Origin: the human T2T-CHM13v2.0 reference genome, Homo sapiens
Strand: one strand, 5' to 3'
NCBI RefSeq assembly: GCF_009914755.1
Contig: NC_060928.1
Length of the DNA stretch: 64,000 nt
The position numbers were made by a program, and so were the translations under genes. How positions within the stretch are numbered: position 1 is the stretch's first letter; each line of letters opens with the position of its first letter. This document shows, piece by piece, positions 1 through 14,195 of this stretch. Under the pieces are notes generated by a model. It was given only the letters and a program-made list of their open reading frames with translations. It did not search any database and was not told the origin of the DNA.

Positions 1-1621
1 GACCACTTTACAAGTTCTATTTCTTGATTTATCCTAAAATTTGTATTTTATTATTATTTTGCAAAATAAAATATGGAATCTTCCCTTTCCTTTGTAGCTA
101 GGAGGAGATGACATGGAGGTTGAGGACATGGGGTGGTGAGAGAGGTTGAGGAACCCCACGGAGGCAAGGGCCCAGAGGAGGAAGCTGTGTAGAGATGGAG
201 AGCTGTCATAACTCAATGATACAACCCATACTACAGCACTCAGCAATGCAGTCTTTGACCAAATGTAATCCCTCCATAAAATGTGAGATTTTATTGGGGT
301 TTTTGGAGGAGGCATCCAGAGAACAGCACCCTTCTTTTCCACCTGGATTCTTAAAAAGTAGTTGGGAAATAAATCAAAAGTAGCAAATGGGGGAAAAATA
401 TTTCTTTTTGTTTGTTTGTTTTCTACTAATAGAGGCCAGACTGAGCATGTGGTTTTAGGTTTGGTAGCCAAATAAATTCGGTAATTCTGAAGCCCAGGAT
501 GGATTTGATTTCTTGGCCCAGTGAAAGAAGGAAGGGACCATGGCAAACAAAGACCCAGAGGAGGGGTAGAAGTCATGGTGCTCAGGAGCAGCTCGCTTCC
601 CAGATCAAGAAGAAATGATGCTTGCCATGCATATTCTAGTTTATTCTCCCCAGATTTACCAATCACATCTCTACCTCTCACGGGACTATGTAAAGTGTGG
701 AGAGAGGCTAGGCCTATGCTGAAGAATAATCCTTCCTCATGTCCACTCCAAGTGGGGAAACATTATTCCCCTCTAAAATTGATTTACATAGGGAGGGAGG
801 AACCAGGTCATAATGAACTTTCTATAATGTAGCAGGATTTAGATTGTAAAGGAAAGGCAATGGGTACTTATTAAATAACTTTTTTAAGAATAGAGGCAAG
901 AGAAACAGATTTGACTTTCAGAAAAATTATTCTGGAATGGTACACTGTAGAGGATCAATGGGAATGGGGCTTGGGGAAAAGAACAAGAGGGTCATTTAGG
1001 AGATTCCCCCATCTTAGCTAGGATTATGAGAATCTCAGTTAAGATAATTGCTAAAGGATTAAGAAAAGTATTCTGATTTGGGCATGTACAGTGTAACTAT
1101 AGGATCATGGCAATCATCAAAAATCAACTCACACAATTCACTGATTTTTTGTAACCTGTACACTGAGTCTTTTGCTATAAATATAGATTGATATTAAAGT
1201 GTGACTATTACTAGGGTAGCTTCAGTTTCCTGAATAGAAATAGATAAAGATAAAATATTATTCAGTGTGCCTCAGAGTACTGTATAAATGAGTAACAAAA
1301 AGGGACATAATAAAACACACTGATGTTGGAAATATTTTAATCCTTGAGTTGACAGTTATAGAGGGTTGACACTTGAGTTGCCTGTGTTGTCACGTCTTCC
1401 ATCTGATGTGATTCTTAGGGTGGCCTTTTTGTGTATAGACCCCATAGTTTAATTAATGCTTGTGGTCATGACACCTGTCAGCAGACATTGATGAGACTCT
1501 CATAATGGACACACTAAATACATGCAAATTATTTCTTATTTGCAGAGAAAACATTTCAAAACTATTTCTATCATTAAAACAGGTAGTCAGAGATTAAGAC
1601 AGGATACCCCAGTCTGTTACT

Positions 1622-1672
1622 ATTTATTTCTTTTTTTTATTATTATACTTTAAGTTTTAGGGTACATGTGCA
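1622..1672 (-). mobile_element. Very short L1PA 3'-terminal stub (~50 bp)
   Basis: T-tract followed by TTATTATACTTTAAGTTTTAGGGTACATGTGCA, the reverse complement of the young L1PA 3' end; the match stops abruptly. Confidence 0.8.
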
Positions 1673-2329
1673 AAAAATACATAATTATAATTTTCATAAA
1701 AACAATCTATGTAAAAACTAAAAAATACAGAAAAGTATGAAAACATAGAGAAGAAAGTATAAAGAATAAAAAACAACATGATTCCATTTCACAACCAAGG
1801 AATAACCAACATTTGATAACATTTCAAACATCTTTCTATCCTTGTGTACAGATAGGTTTTAAAGTTATTTTTTGAAAAATAAAGGCATTAGAATATACAC
1901 TCAATTTATAAGCATTAAATTTAATTTTAATCCCATTTAACAGAAGTAAAATTCTCTGAAATTTAAAGTAATTGCTGAATTACCTGAAGCAAAAGACTTT
2001 GGATAAATGTTTCTCTAAAACAAGAGGAAGTGCTTACATTTTAATATATCTCCCTGAAGCTAAATAAATGCATGAAGCTTATAGCACTCTTTATTTCTTT
2101 GTTTGTTTACATTTAAATATGTGCTTCCACATTAGACCGTGCTATAAATGTGAATAAATTAATTGGCAGGTTCACAGTTTTGTCTACTTCCTTGCTTGGG
2201 ATTATATGTATCCTGCCTTTTCTGCCAATCCCTTATAACTTTTTAAATCCTTGTAGTTTTGCAACTTTCCTAAATATATCTTGGAATTGTTCATTTTTTG
2301 TCAAATTTTTATATCAAATATTCCAGAGA

Positions 2330-2790
2330 TATATTCTAACTTTGATAATTGTCTACATTTTTTTTTGGTGGTACATGGCGATCATCAATTTCAATCTTTC
2401 AGTTCCATTTTTGTTTCCTTATCTTTTCTTCTATATTTTTGAATTTTTTCCCCTGTTCCATTTGTTTTGCTGTCTGCACTATGAACATCAATTATATATC
2501 AGATCGCTTTATCTCTTTTGCATACCTATCATTTTCTCAGTAATTATTTTATTTTGTGTGACATTTTTATGCCTAGATTATTTTTTGTCCATGGTTTCTT
2601 CTATTTCTTTCTGAGCTCTTTCAGCTTGATATTTCATTTTAAAAGAGATATTGTGCTGTTTGAATTATTATTTATAATTACAGTGAATGATTTGTCTAAA
2701 CTCTTCATTTCTGTATGAGTTTTTCTTCTCTCTCTCTCATAGTCATTTTTGAAGTTTTATGCTTAAGCCCTAGAATGATTCCTTTCTGTT
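2330..2790 (-). mobile_element. Old L1M fragment (ORF1/5' region), approximate limits
   Basis: T-rich degenerate sequence resembling antisense ancient L1; it accounts for the spurious hydrophobic ORF 2150..2614. Confidence 0.35.
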
Positions 2791-2928
2791 TATTTCTCAT
2801 TTTTGATGAGACCAGTTATCTGCTGGAAAATAATGAAAAGAGGTATGGAAGAAGGGGGTACTGAAGAGACTCGTGCATTTAGACATGAGACTTTTGTGTT
2901 GTTCTTTTGACTGAAAAGAAAAATTTGG

Positions 2929-3504
2929 GAGCAGATTGCTACTGCAGGCTCCAGGAGGCAGCTGAAAAACTGTGAGTGCCTAAAGTGTGAAAGGGGGATC
3001 ATCTACTCCTGAATACACACCCTCAGTGGGGAACCTGAAGATTGAGATCACAGGAGATGGATTTGACCTTACGTGGACCTGAGATGAATTTAGAGAGCTG
3101 GGCAAAATATAGAGGTAGAGGAAGCAGCGAGAAGGACCTTGTGGGCACTCTAGACCTCCAGGGAAGCCATTTCTTACTTTATCTCACAGGAGTCCTTGGG
3201 GAGGGCTGCCACTGGAATTGGGGAAAGACTAAATGCAAAGTTTCCTGGACAGAACCTGGGGGAGAAGGTGAGCTGGGAGTGTAGACATGAGCATAAAAGC
3301 CATGGCAGGCAGGGAGTTGCAAAATCTGAAAGTACTGCTTGTCTTCTCAGTGGGGAGGCTTGTAGCCTGGGGCAAGTTCTCAGCCCTGCTCACCTCTGCC
3401 TGGAAATAAACTTGGTGCTGTTGGGGGGACACGCTGTGGTAAGACCAGCCTTTTGGGCTGCACGGGAGCTGGGTGAGGCCTGTAACTGCCAGCTTTCTCT
3501 CCAC
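2929..3504 (+). mobile_element. L1PB-type (L1PBa-like) 5'UTR fragment
   Basis: Matches the recalled L1PBa 5'UTR (GGGGAACCTGAAG..GATTTGACCTTAC..TTTAGAGAGC..GGTAGAGGAAGCAGCG..GGGGAGGGCTGCC..GGGTGAGGCCTGT); preceded by AAAAATTTGG at 2919-2928. Confidence 0.75.
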
Positions 3505-4884
3505 AAATTCTTAGTGGTTCTTGTTATATTGTACCACCTTTCCAGCAGCCCACTCTCACCCTTCCATTCCAGAAAGAAAAGGAAAATGTAGGATGGAGTA
3601 TCTACTAATAGTTTGATAAAAAGGAAAAGTGGGATTTAGTGAGTATCTAGTCTGGGGTGGCAGATGTTCTGGGACATTTGGAAGCCGCATGCAAAGATAT
3701 TTTTCAGAGACATTCAGGCACTGAATCCATTTTCTATGCCAGCTAGCATTGCTAATTCTGAGTTAGGTTCATGATGCAGGGGAATCTGATATACTTAAAC
3801 AATTCCTTAAACAGAAGCACATAGATTATTCATGTTAATAATGAGATGTAAGCTTAAGTAGAAAAGAGCAGGCAAGTAGCAAGAATTCACCATCTCTCCC
3901 AATCTTAGCAAGATCCTAACTGTACAGGAATGAAACAAGTATATAGAATCCAGAGCAAGAGAAAAACTTTATTAAAAATATTCTACCTGTTTCTGCTCTA
4001 GAAAGAGAGAGAGAGAAAAAAGTGTGTATGTGTGGTGGGAGTGTGTGCACGTGTGTTGGTCTCTCCTTGTCAGTTCATAACCCAACCTGCTACACTGCAC
4101 ATAACACCTATTTAGCTATAAACTGGCTGATGTTTTTGTGGGCAAGTCTCCATGTTTTGTGCCCATCCTGCAAAACTCGTAGGAAATACAATTTTACCAT
4201 TTATGGATGGGTATTCAAAATGCAGATAGATTCTTATTTCCAGAAGAAAACGTGATTATATTATCCAATTAATTATGATATGAATTCAATCAATTCATTA
4301 ATTCCACAGGTGCAGAATTCCTCACCTCCACTTTATCCTGAGGGCTAGGATGAAGTAAAGCAAACACTGGAATAGCTGAGCTCAGATTTCTCTGACCCGA
4401 CAGGGTTATGACAAGAGCCACATGACTAAATTACCCTGTGTCTAAATCCCCTATACACTGTGCAATTTAAACAGAAAATAGCCAACAGATCATAATAACC
4501 ATATTCACAGATGATAAGAAAATATAATGTCTGCAACACAAAGTCTCTAGCACATGTAGTCATTTTAACTATTATGAGAAATAGCATATTGTATTTTGGG
4601 TTTAAAATAGAGCTTGTGAAAAGGGTACATATTACATTTATTTAAATCTGTGGCAGTAGAGTTAAATACTGTTGGTTTTGTGGTTACTTTTATAAGCATT
4701 TGTATAAAATGACCCTTTCTGAATTTTTAACATAACAGGAATTGAAAGGGTGTGATACAAAGTAATAATGGAAAGGAAAAACTTTGTATGGAACAAAATC
4801 TGCTGTAAGGGGAAAAGGGGAACTTGCTGAATCAAAAGAGATGAAAAGCAATGATGAACAGAAAGGAAATGAGTTAGATTATGT

Positions 4885-5062
4885 TGTTAAGCTATGCACC
4901 AGATACTGAACTCAGTGCCTTCTAAGTTATTTCATTTAACCCTACAAAATGCTGTGATTTGGGTATTATTATCCACATTTGCACAGACGAGGAAATGGAT
5001 TCAAAGAGCTGAGGTCACTTGTCCAAGTTCACACAGTAAGTGGCAGACAAGTTTTGAACCCA
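4885..5062 (-). mobile_element. MIR SINE
   Basis: Antisense MIR core: TATTATTATCCACATTT..ACAGA.GAGGAAA..GGTCACTTGTCCAAG.TCACACAG. Confidence 0.75.
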
Positions 5063-7572
5063 TATTTTTACATGCCTTTTACAAAGCATACTTGACTTAG
5101 TCTAGCATATTGGGAATTTGAGGGCCATTCCTGCTGTAAGTGAATTTCCTCCTTCATCCTCTCCATTGCTTCAAATTGTTTCATGGTGCATCTCAAGAAC
5201 CACACCCTTGATGAACATTTATTTGATGTTCCCAGGCTCCAGTTCCCTCTTCCTTTTATGAATTCCTGCAGCAATCATTTACTCCATCAGTTACACATCC
5301 TACATCATATGGTACCTGATTGACTAGTCAACATTTATACATGATTTATCTTCTTGATAAAATTATGCACCTGAGAGCAGAAACCATATCTTAAAAATCT
5401 TTGGATTCCTCATTGTATAGGAGGGCAAAATCAATTTCTTCTTACCTACCAAGTTGATTGCTGCCCAGGTTGCTATTTTGACAAACTAGTAAAGCCTGTT
5501 TCTTGTCTGAGTGAGAAACAACCCTTTGAGTGGTTAGCCATGGTACTGTGAGTGCCAGCATGGGATGAGAATAACATAGGACAGAGGAGCAGCAGAAAAT
5601 AAGAGCACTCTCACATGCATTGATGGAGTTATGCGTGTACGTATTGCCATAGTATTTCAAACAGTACTTTGTATATTTTAGGTTTATATCTTTAATGAAA
5701 CTAATGCAGATAAAGATAAATAATTTGTCTAAAGTTTACAATAAAATCATAAGCCATTAATTGATTTCTTTTGATTCAGGTTAAACATGCAGAGGAAATT
5801 AAGCTTTTTCATTTGTCCCAACAAACTCCTGTCCTCAAATAATCTCTGTGTTTTCCACTCTAGTGAGTAATGGGAAAAATTAATTAACTGTCTAGTCCAG
5901 ATTAAAGCTTAGTCCAATCTATGTAGGGTTCATTTTCTCTTGATAAAAATGTTCAGTGTCTCTAATATTTTCCTGTTCCCTCTAACTTCTTTAAGGAGTC
6001 TGCATGAATAGAGAAGTGTAGAGTGTATGGCACAAATTTCCTTGTGGGCCTGGCTATCCTCATGCCATTGGTGGAAATAACTTCATGCTAATCCTCAGAT
6101 ATGTGCAACCTGTTGTCCACTATTCTACAAGACAATGGCTTTTGTGGACCTGCTCTCTGTGAGCTCTGCTGACCTCCTTTGCTGCAGTTTAGAGCCAGTA
6201 ATTCATGATTCAGGTTTGATTCTAGAGGCAATCATAGGGAGTATCAGCCCATAGGGAGTATCAGCCATCTCATCGCTACCAGTTCAGCCTGCTTTCAGCT
6301 CTTGCTGGCTGCAGACTCCTGAGTCTGAGTCCTCTTCCACCTGGCCCCTCATTGACATGTCTACTTCCGCATGTGCTGTTGGGATCCCCTTGCCCTTTGC
6401 AATGTCTCCTGACTTTTAGCTCAGAAAATGTAAATTTCAAGGTATTCATCTGAGAAATAGTCCACCACCAACATTAATGTGGGTAGTCTTCTCCCAAAGA
6501 CCCAAACAAATACTACATGCAGAGCCCTATCCTTAGTGACCCCCCTAAATTCATGCCCCCCAAGTTTAACCCTGACCAAAGCCCCAAAAAGAAATGGGGA
6601 CACAGGTATCTAAGTGTTCTGGTATTTTTTTTTCTCTCTCTACTCCTCTTCATGCAAATCCCAGGGCCAGCCTTTTGGGGGAGAGGGCCTGTCTTAGAAG
6701 GGGTCTCTTCTTTACACTGTTGGGGAAAACTATATAGAGAGTCCTTAAAAACTAGCTTTACTATTATGCTAAAGAAGGGAATAAGGGAATTTCAGCAGCC
6801 ATCTTTCAGGGCTATGGTAAGATCTGTAAGACTAATGTATGACACAATTTTCTTTTCATGTCAGAAGCTGAATATTACTGTGTCTTTCTCCTTGTATTCT
6901 ACACTATGAGCTCCTAATATAGTCCCAGGTAATGTTTACCTTTTGGGAACTAGTGCAGATGTCTTATACTCAAAAAGGCAAAATGGAAAAGCACAATAAT
7001 AATTTTCAAACTGTATACCTATTATACATCAATGCCAGGAATATATAAAATTATTTGTGGTTGGTATACTCTGTTGATTAGAGGCCAAAGTCAATAGTCT
7101 GACACCCTAAAGGGCCAGTTTGTTTCAGTAATTTATGTTTACAGGCTAAACTCTAACTTCAAGCAATTGTTCTATAATTGCTTATTATAGTTATAAAAGG
7201 AAATAGACAAAATTGTGTGGGTGAGTAACACAAATTTTCATCGTGATTCAAAATCATGATTCTGAAATACATGCACTCATGGTGTTCATCATCAGTGTTA
7301 TCTTTATAATATTTGATGGAACCAAATTAAATGTTGAAATTCTGAGCCAATAAAATAAAATAGCAATATTCATTTTTTATGGCATACTGGCCTTAGTTAT
7401 CCTCTCCATTGCTAACTTAAGCCTACTGCTAAAATTACATAAAATTTTGCTGCATATATTCAAATAAATTAGGAGTTTTTTTCTGGTTTTAATTCATGTA
7501 CTATTTTTGAGGATGGAAAAAACAGTGATTAAATAAGCCTAACTAGATTTTTTTTAATGAGGCAAAAGCACT

Positions 7573-7750
7573 TTCACCATTTTGTAAATAATATTTATAA
7601 ATTTTTATTATATTATTTATTATATCATAATATATTATAAATATAAATATTATAAATAATATTTTTTATATTATTTATAATTATAATAATATTTATAAAT
7701 AATATTAATAAAATTCACCATTTTGTAAATATTATTTGTAAATAATATTT
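7573..7750. repeat. AT-only low-complexity tract bracketed by an 18-bp direct repeat
   Basis: TTCACCATTTTGTAAATA at 7573 and 7714, with nearly pure A/T between them. Confidence 0.8.
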
Positions 7751-8039
7751 GGATTGTTAGAAAAACAAATAGCTCTTAAGGGATCCTAGTCATGTTCCTA
7801 AGTCTTGTCACTTGACCAACGTGGTTTCGGATTCAGTGACTATCCAGTTGATGAATGGATGTTTATTTATGGCTTCTTTCAAATAAGATGGCACATATTG
7901 CCCCTCAATTAGAAAAAACACCCAGTGCTTTATTCATTCATGCAGTGTTTTATTCACTCTATCCAAAGAGTGCAGGATCAGACACTGTGCCTAACTCAAT
8001 TGGTTTTAAACAACAACAAAATGTAGGGCACTGAAATTC

Positions 8040-9820
8040 TACCTCTGATTATAATAAAGAACTTACCCTCTCACAGTAAAAACAAAAGAAACAGAAAAAG
8101 GAACAAAATATATTTTAAAACTATGATCAGATATTAGACAACAGGTGACATAGGATGCTGATCCCTAAAGAAAGGGAAACAAATAAGGTGGTTCCTACAG
8201 TCTTCCCAACTTTCTACTGAAGGATCTATCCAGGCCATGGTGCAGGGAGGGGATCCAAAACACAGCATGAATGTCTTGCTGGGTTAAGAAGACAAAGATC
8301 TGAGTGCAGTGAAGCTAGGTGGCTGGGATTTGAAGGGCAAAGTTCTAGAAAAAAAAAAGCATTCAAGAGAAAAAGCTATAGAAATACACATAGGGGCCTT
8401 ATTCACTCTTTCGCTTAATGCAAATTCACAATACAAAGGGTAGAACTCCACAAGCCTGGGCAAATAAACTGGGAGCTGAAATCTGAACAAGAGTTCACAT
8501 GGGGCTAGGAGACATTTGAGTTTTGAGTAGCCAAAAAGCAGAGTCCTCATTGAACACCCGAGCATTCAGCTGAAACTCCAGAAGGGATGTGCCATAAGAG
8601 TAGATCTTAACTAGGCATACATTAAAGGCTACTCCTGCTTAACTAGGCATACGTTAAAGCCAGAATTAATACAGTAATAAAATCTTCACTATTTGGATAA
8701 TGGGTACACTAGAAGTCCAATCCCCACCAGTATGCAATATACCCAAGTAGCATGTACGTGTACCCCCGCATCCAAAATAAAATAAAAAGAATACAATAAC
8801 AAAACCAAAACCAGACAATATAAAAATGAAAACTTCAGATTATCTCTTATAAACATAGATAAAAATATCTTTTTAAAATATATGCATATAAAACTGTAAT
8901 AATAAAAACAATAAAATCATGACTAAGAGGTTAATTCCAGAAACGTAAGGTTGTGTTAGCACTGGTAAATCAATTGTTGTAATTCAGTATATTAGCATGA
9001 AAAAAATATACACTGTAAAACAGGCAAACGTGAGTGACCAACAAGCATCTGAAAATATGATCAATATAATTTACTGTCAGAGAAATGCAAATTAAAAGCC
9101 CAATAAACTATCACTATATATTAGAATGATAAGCATTAAAAATATTGATAACTGCAAATATCATAAAGACTATAGAACAACTGGAAGCCTCACCAATTGC
9201 TGGAAGTATAAAATGGTACAACTACTTTAGAAAACAATTCACAGCTTCTTAAAAAAAATTAAACACCAGCACCAGATGATTTAGCAATTTCACTTCTACG
9301 TTTTCACCCAAGAAAAATGAAACCATGTGTGTACAAAGAAGTATACATGCACATACACAGTATCTTTATTTAAAAGAGTAAATTTGAAATAACCCAATTA
9401 CCCAAAAGTAGGTAAACGGGTAAACAAATTCTGGTATATCCATAAAGTGAAATACTAGCTAACACTAAGTAGGGACAAACTATTGTCATATGACATAGAT
9501 GAATCTCAGAAACATTATGCTGAGTGAAAAAGCTACACAGGAAAAAGTATGCATTCTATGATTCCATTGAAAGGGGATTCTATAAAAATTTAATCCAATT
9601 TGTAGTGATTATTTCTTAGTGGTTGCCAAGAGCCGAAGGTAGGAGTGTGATTGAAAAGAAACATGAAAGGATGCTTTAGGGTGATATAAATGTTTATATC
9701 TAAATTGATTTTGGTGGTGGTTACACAAATATATACATTTTAAACTCGCCCAACTATGAACTTAAAATGAGTGCATTTTATTGTGCATGTAATTATGCCT
9801 TGAAAAACTTGATTAAAAAA
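8040..9820 (+). mobile_element. Composite old L1M (L1MC/MD/ME-like) fragments
   Basis: GAAATGCAAATTAAAA, AAAATGGTACAACTACTTT and CATTATGCTGAGTGAAAAA-type L1M ORF2-end/3'UTR motifs ending in an A-rich tail. Confidence 0.65.
8683..8790 (+). mobile_element. Short L1 3' end (L1PB/old L1PA-like) nested in the L1M
   Basis: ATGGGTACACTAGAAGTCCAATCCCCACCAGTATGCAATATACCC..TGTACCCC..AAAATAAAATAAAAA. Confidence 0.6.
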
Positions 9821-11174
9821 AGGAGGAAAAAAAGGAATTCACGAATTACCTTGCCTTTTGCATTTTTCTAAGTCATATTCTACATCCAAATCATGAGACA
9901 GTTACTCAACCTTCAATATGACACCCTGACAGTCTATAGTTAATGGATGTCTACACGTGGCACTATTATCCTAAAAAGGTAATTTCTTTAAATCTTTGCT
10001 CTATAAACTCTAGCTATTCACGTGACATCTTCCAAAAGGATCACCATCTTCTAGATTGCTTTGGAACTGCTTTAAAATGATGACATAGGGATCATCAAAT
10101 GGGAGAGGCAGATCAGAAAAGATCTAAGTCTTAGCTATGTGCTCTATTGCACAACAATGGAGAAAAAATTACTTAGGGTACAATCAAGGACAGTGATTTG
10201 CCATAAGTAAAATTCAGAAAAATGGAGACAGAATGAAAACATAACAAGTCTAATTCCCTACTCTTGAAATCAACCGAAACATAACTGCATCTTGGCAAAG
10301 AAGTCTGTGGGATTCTTCTTGACCATGGATTGCTAGAACTAAATGATACAAGCAGAAGTCTCAGGTTTTTAGTACAACAGTCAGTAAGAAGGAGATGAAT
10401 CATCGTGTTTCTTGGGTTACTGTTTTAAAAGATTTGACAAAGGTAGATAAATAGTACTTTCTCTTTCAAGGGGGGAATAAAACCCGAATGTTTTAAAGTT
10501 TAAAAAAGTAGATAATTTTCTTTGAATCTATCTGAGCTTTTTTATTCAACATTAGTCTTTAAGTCAGAAAACTAGCAAAATCATTTTTCTTAGTATTGAG
10601 AGGAGGAAAAAAATAAATATTTGAAAATGGGTAAAAATGAACTCAAGTGATCTTTTTAAAAGGCAGTCTATCATTCTTTCTGGCAATTTACATACGAAAA
10701 ATACTTTACAAACATGGGTACCTTTATGGCTGAGATACATTATAGGGAAAATACCAATTAATTCTCTACATCTAGAGTTTTTTTTTTCCTAAAACTTAAA
10801 TTCTTATGTGATAAAAAACAAACAAACAAAACTTCTGTGGCATTCCCACTGCCTAAAGACAAGTTCCAAATTCCTTGGTATAGCAAAACATGTCCATTTG
10901 TACTCTCACCCCATCCTACCTTACCAGACACAATTTCTATTACACCCCTAGACTCTCCTGCCCTAAAATCTAAACCAATCCTCATTTCACAAATAGCCAG
11001 TATTTTTTGTTCCCCCTATTGTTTGGACATGTCCTTCCCTCTGTTCCTGACAAATGTCATTCTGTCAGGCCCAGCCCAATTACATCTCCCCTGTAACACC
11101 TGGACTTGGTCATCTGTGCTTTCAGAAGACCTAGTATATAGAGCTCTTTTGCAGTATGTATCTCAACACACTAA

Positions 11175-11534
<360 letters not shown>

Positions 11535-12594
11535 TAATTCTTGTTAGCTTGTTTCTTAGTTATTACATTTCCCATTCCTTGTAGGATCATTGTGAATAGT
11601 AGAAACACAATAAATGCCTACTGAATTGAATTTTATTGGTCTTCAGTTTGTATTTGCTTTGTTTTGCGTGTGGTAAAATTCTTTTGGTTTTGTTTCTTTT
11701 TCTTTTTTCTTTCTGATATCACTTATTCTTCTTGAGTGCAGTGTTCTAATAAAATATGCTTGATTCCTGGTGGAGTTATTTAGAGCTTCTGAGGAGAAAA
11801 AAAATTCTTTGTTTGCAAAGTAGTAATAGAAAGCTTAGATCATTACTGCTGTTGGAAAACTCAAAGTACATGAACTTCTGAGAGACAGTCAATATAATTT
11901 AAAGCATATTACATAAAAAATGCTAAGTGCACAAGGTATCCAATAGCTTTTCATTATGCTTCAGACTTGCAGCACCATCTTCCCCCCAGATTCTATCTAT
12001 ATCTTTTTGAAAGATTATATTGATATTTTTATTGTTGATCAAAATAATTATAAATTCCAAAACCCTGAAATGGAAATCACTACTCTAGAAATTCAAGACA
12101 GGATTTTATTTCAGAACTTCTTAAATCTACTTTTCACATTGTTATTGGATTGATTAGGATTCATTTTCTGAGATTAGTTCTCTATATATAAATCAAATAA
12201 CCAAGTCAATTTAGTTACTTGATTTAGCCATATCATCAGTTGAAAAATAATCAAATTAGATATTGTCACTGTAAAATATCATTGTCCCCAAACATACTCA
12301 CTAGACATTAAATTATTCTTTAAGTTTCAACTACATAAGCTGATGCCTCTAGGCCAAACCGAAAGCATCAGCACAGCACATGGAATCCTTCTGTGTCTGT
12401 TTCTTCCGACATGTAATGATGAGACCTGGAGAGGAACTTTATCCCAGAGGACATAACTTGGTGATAAAGAGCAAAGTTGTAATACAAAGTCACACTTGGC
12501 AATTTATATACAAAGCTAGAGAAAAAGTCTTTCCAATAGCACATGGAAGCCCAGATCACCACACTCAAGGCTGAGATTCTCATGATTCTCTTTC

Positions 12595-12830
12595 ATTTTA
12601 ACAAATGCCTATATGGTAGTAACTACAGGAAATACTCCAAGTGATTTACAAGTATTAATTCATCTGCTTCTCATACCAAAACCTGAGAAAGAGAGATTAT
12701 TAGTTTTATTTTATTGATGGATGCAAGGCTAAGTTAGTTGCCCGAAGATTTGCAGGTAGTAAGTGACTGAACTAGGATTGGAATGAGAGCAGTCTGGCTC
12801 CATTGTCTTTGGTCCTAGCCTCTTTTCAAC
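12595..12830 (-). mobile_element. MIR SINE
   Basis: Degenerate antisense MIR (..AGTAAGTGACTGAACTAGGATTGGAA..AGCAGTCTGGCTCCA). Confidence 0.65.
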
Positions 12831-13820
12831 ACTGCCTCTCCCATGGTTCCCAGAATTCTGGGAGCAAGTTTAAGATATCTTGAGGGCTTTTTCCACACTT
12901 CCCATGAGTGAGGAGAATTAGGTACCACTAAGACTGTATACCCAAGATTTGGTGAGGAAGTCCCACCATTGATGCTGCGAGGTTGCTACATCATCATGCA
13001 AGTATCTCTATTTAAGTTAGAGTATATATTCAGCCCTACCAATTTCTGGTACATAAGAGTAACTTATAAGATTACAGTGATAATTACAATCCTATGAAAT
13101 TGACCCAAATACAATTGATTCTTTAAATTCCATTTCTAAGAATGTAGATGTGTCTTTTCTTAGTAATTTCTTAATCATTTTAAATTCACAGGTGTTTGAG
13201 CTATCACTGACCTCTACTTCTGACTTCAAATGACCTTTCTCCTTTTGAATATTAACACATACATTATTTAAAAACAATCTATGTGCCTTACATGTATTAT
13301 TTAATTTCAAAGAGTAGTTAGGAGATAAAATGTTCCTTAACTGCCACCTGTCCTAAAAATCAGCTTAGGTTGCAGCCTTAAGCAGTTCACACATGTCTGA
13401 AATATGTAAATAGGTTTAATACAATAGAAGTGGAGCTGTGAGTGGATGAGAGAAGACTTGAGCTCCATTTGATGGGGCTGGTCTTCACAAATGTAATCAG
13501 GAGTTTTTGTCTGAGTCTGGAAACTGAACTGTCCATATCTATAGGGAGATTTGTGAAGACGCATGCCTTGCAACTTGTCTCTAACCTGGGTATTCAGACA
13601 TTTCTAAAAATAGGTAAACTCAATTTAGGCGACAAATTGCTGTTGCTAGTCTTTAAATTCCAAAAAAGGACTTCAGTGAACCAATAAGTGTCTCAGATCT
13701 GGGGTGAGGGATTTAGGGTTTGGTTTCTGGGGGTCATCAGAAAGAGCAGGGCCTTTAGGAGAAAGCATATTCCTGACTCCTGTAACTTCACCTTGACTCA
13801 GAAATTGGTGGAAACACATG

Positions 13821-14083
13821 CATATTAGTCCATTTTCACACTGCTATAAAGAAATACCTGAGACTGGGTAATTTATCAAGAAAAGAAGTTTAACTGACTC
13901 TTAGCTCCACAGGCTGTACAGCACAGGTCCCCAACTGCTGTACTCACTCACTATCATGAGAACAGCACCAAAGGGGAAATCTGCCCTCATGATCCAATTG
14001 CCTTCCACCAGGACCCACTGTTAACATTAGGGATTACAATTTGACATGAGATTTGGGTGGGGACACAGATCCAAACCATATCA
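13821..14083 (-). mobile_element. MST (MaLR) solo LTR, internally deleted
   Basis: TATTAGTCCATTTTCACACTGCTATAAAGAAATACCTGAGACTGGGTAATTTAT...GAGATTTGGGTGGGGACACAGATCCAAACCATATCA; 5-bp TSD ACATG (13816-13820 / 14084-14088). Confidence 0.9.
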
Positions 14084-14195
14084 ACATGTAAATACATCTA
14101 TGTTCTCTCAATTATTAAGAAGGGCCAAAAAGGAAGATTTGACTGAGGCCTAAAAATTATTTCCAAGAATAATTATCTAAAATGGTGTTATTTGT

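Noticed and set aside
34-681. 215-aa minus-strand ORF
   Set aside because: No recognisable domain, composition typical of translated non-coding DNA, no splice or promoter context; treated as chance.
2150-2614. 154-aa very hydrophobic ORF resembling a membrane protein
   Set aside because: Artefact of T-rich antisense old L1 or low-complexity sequence.
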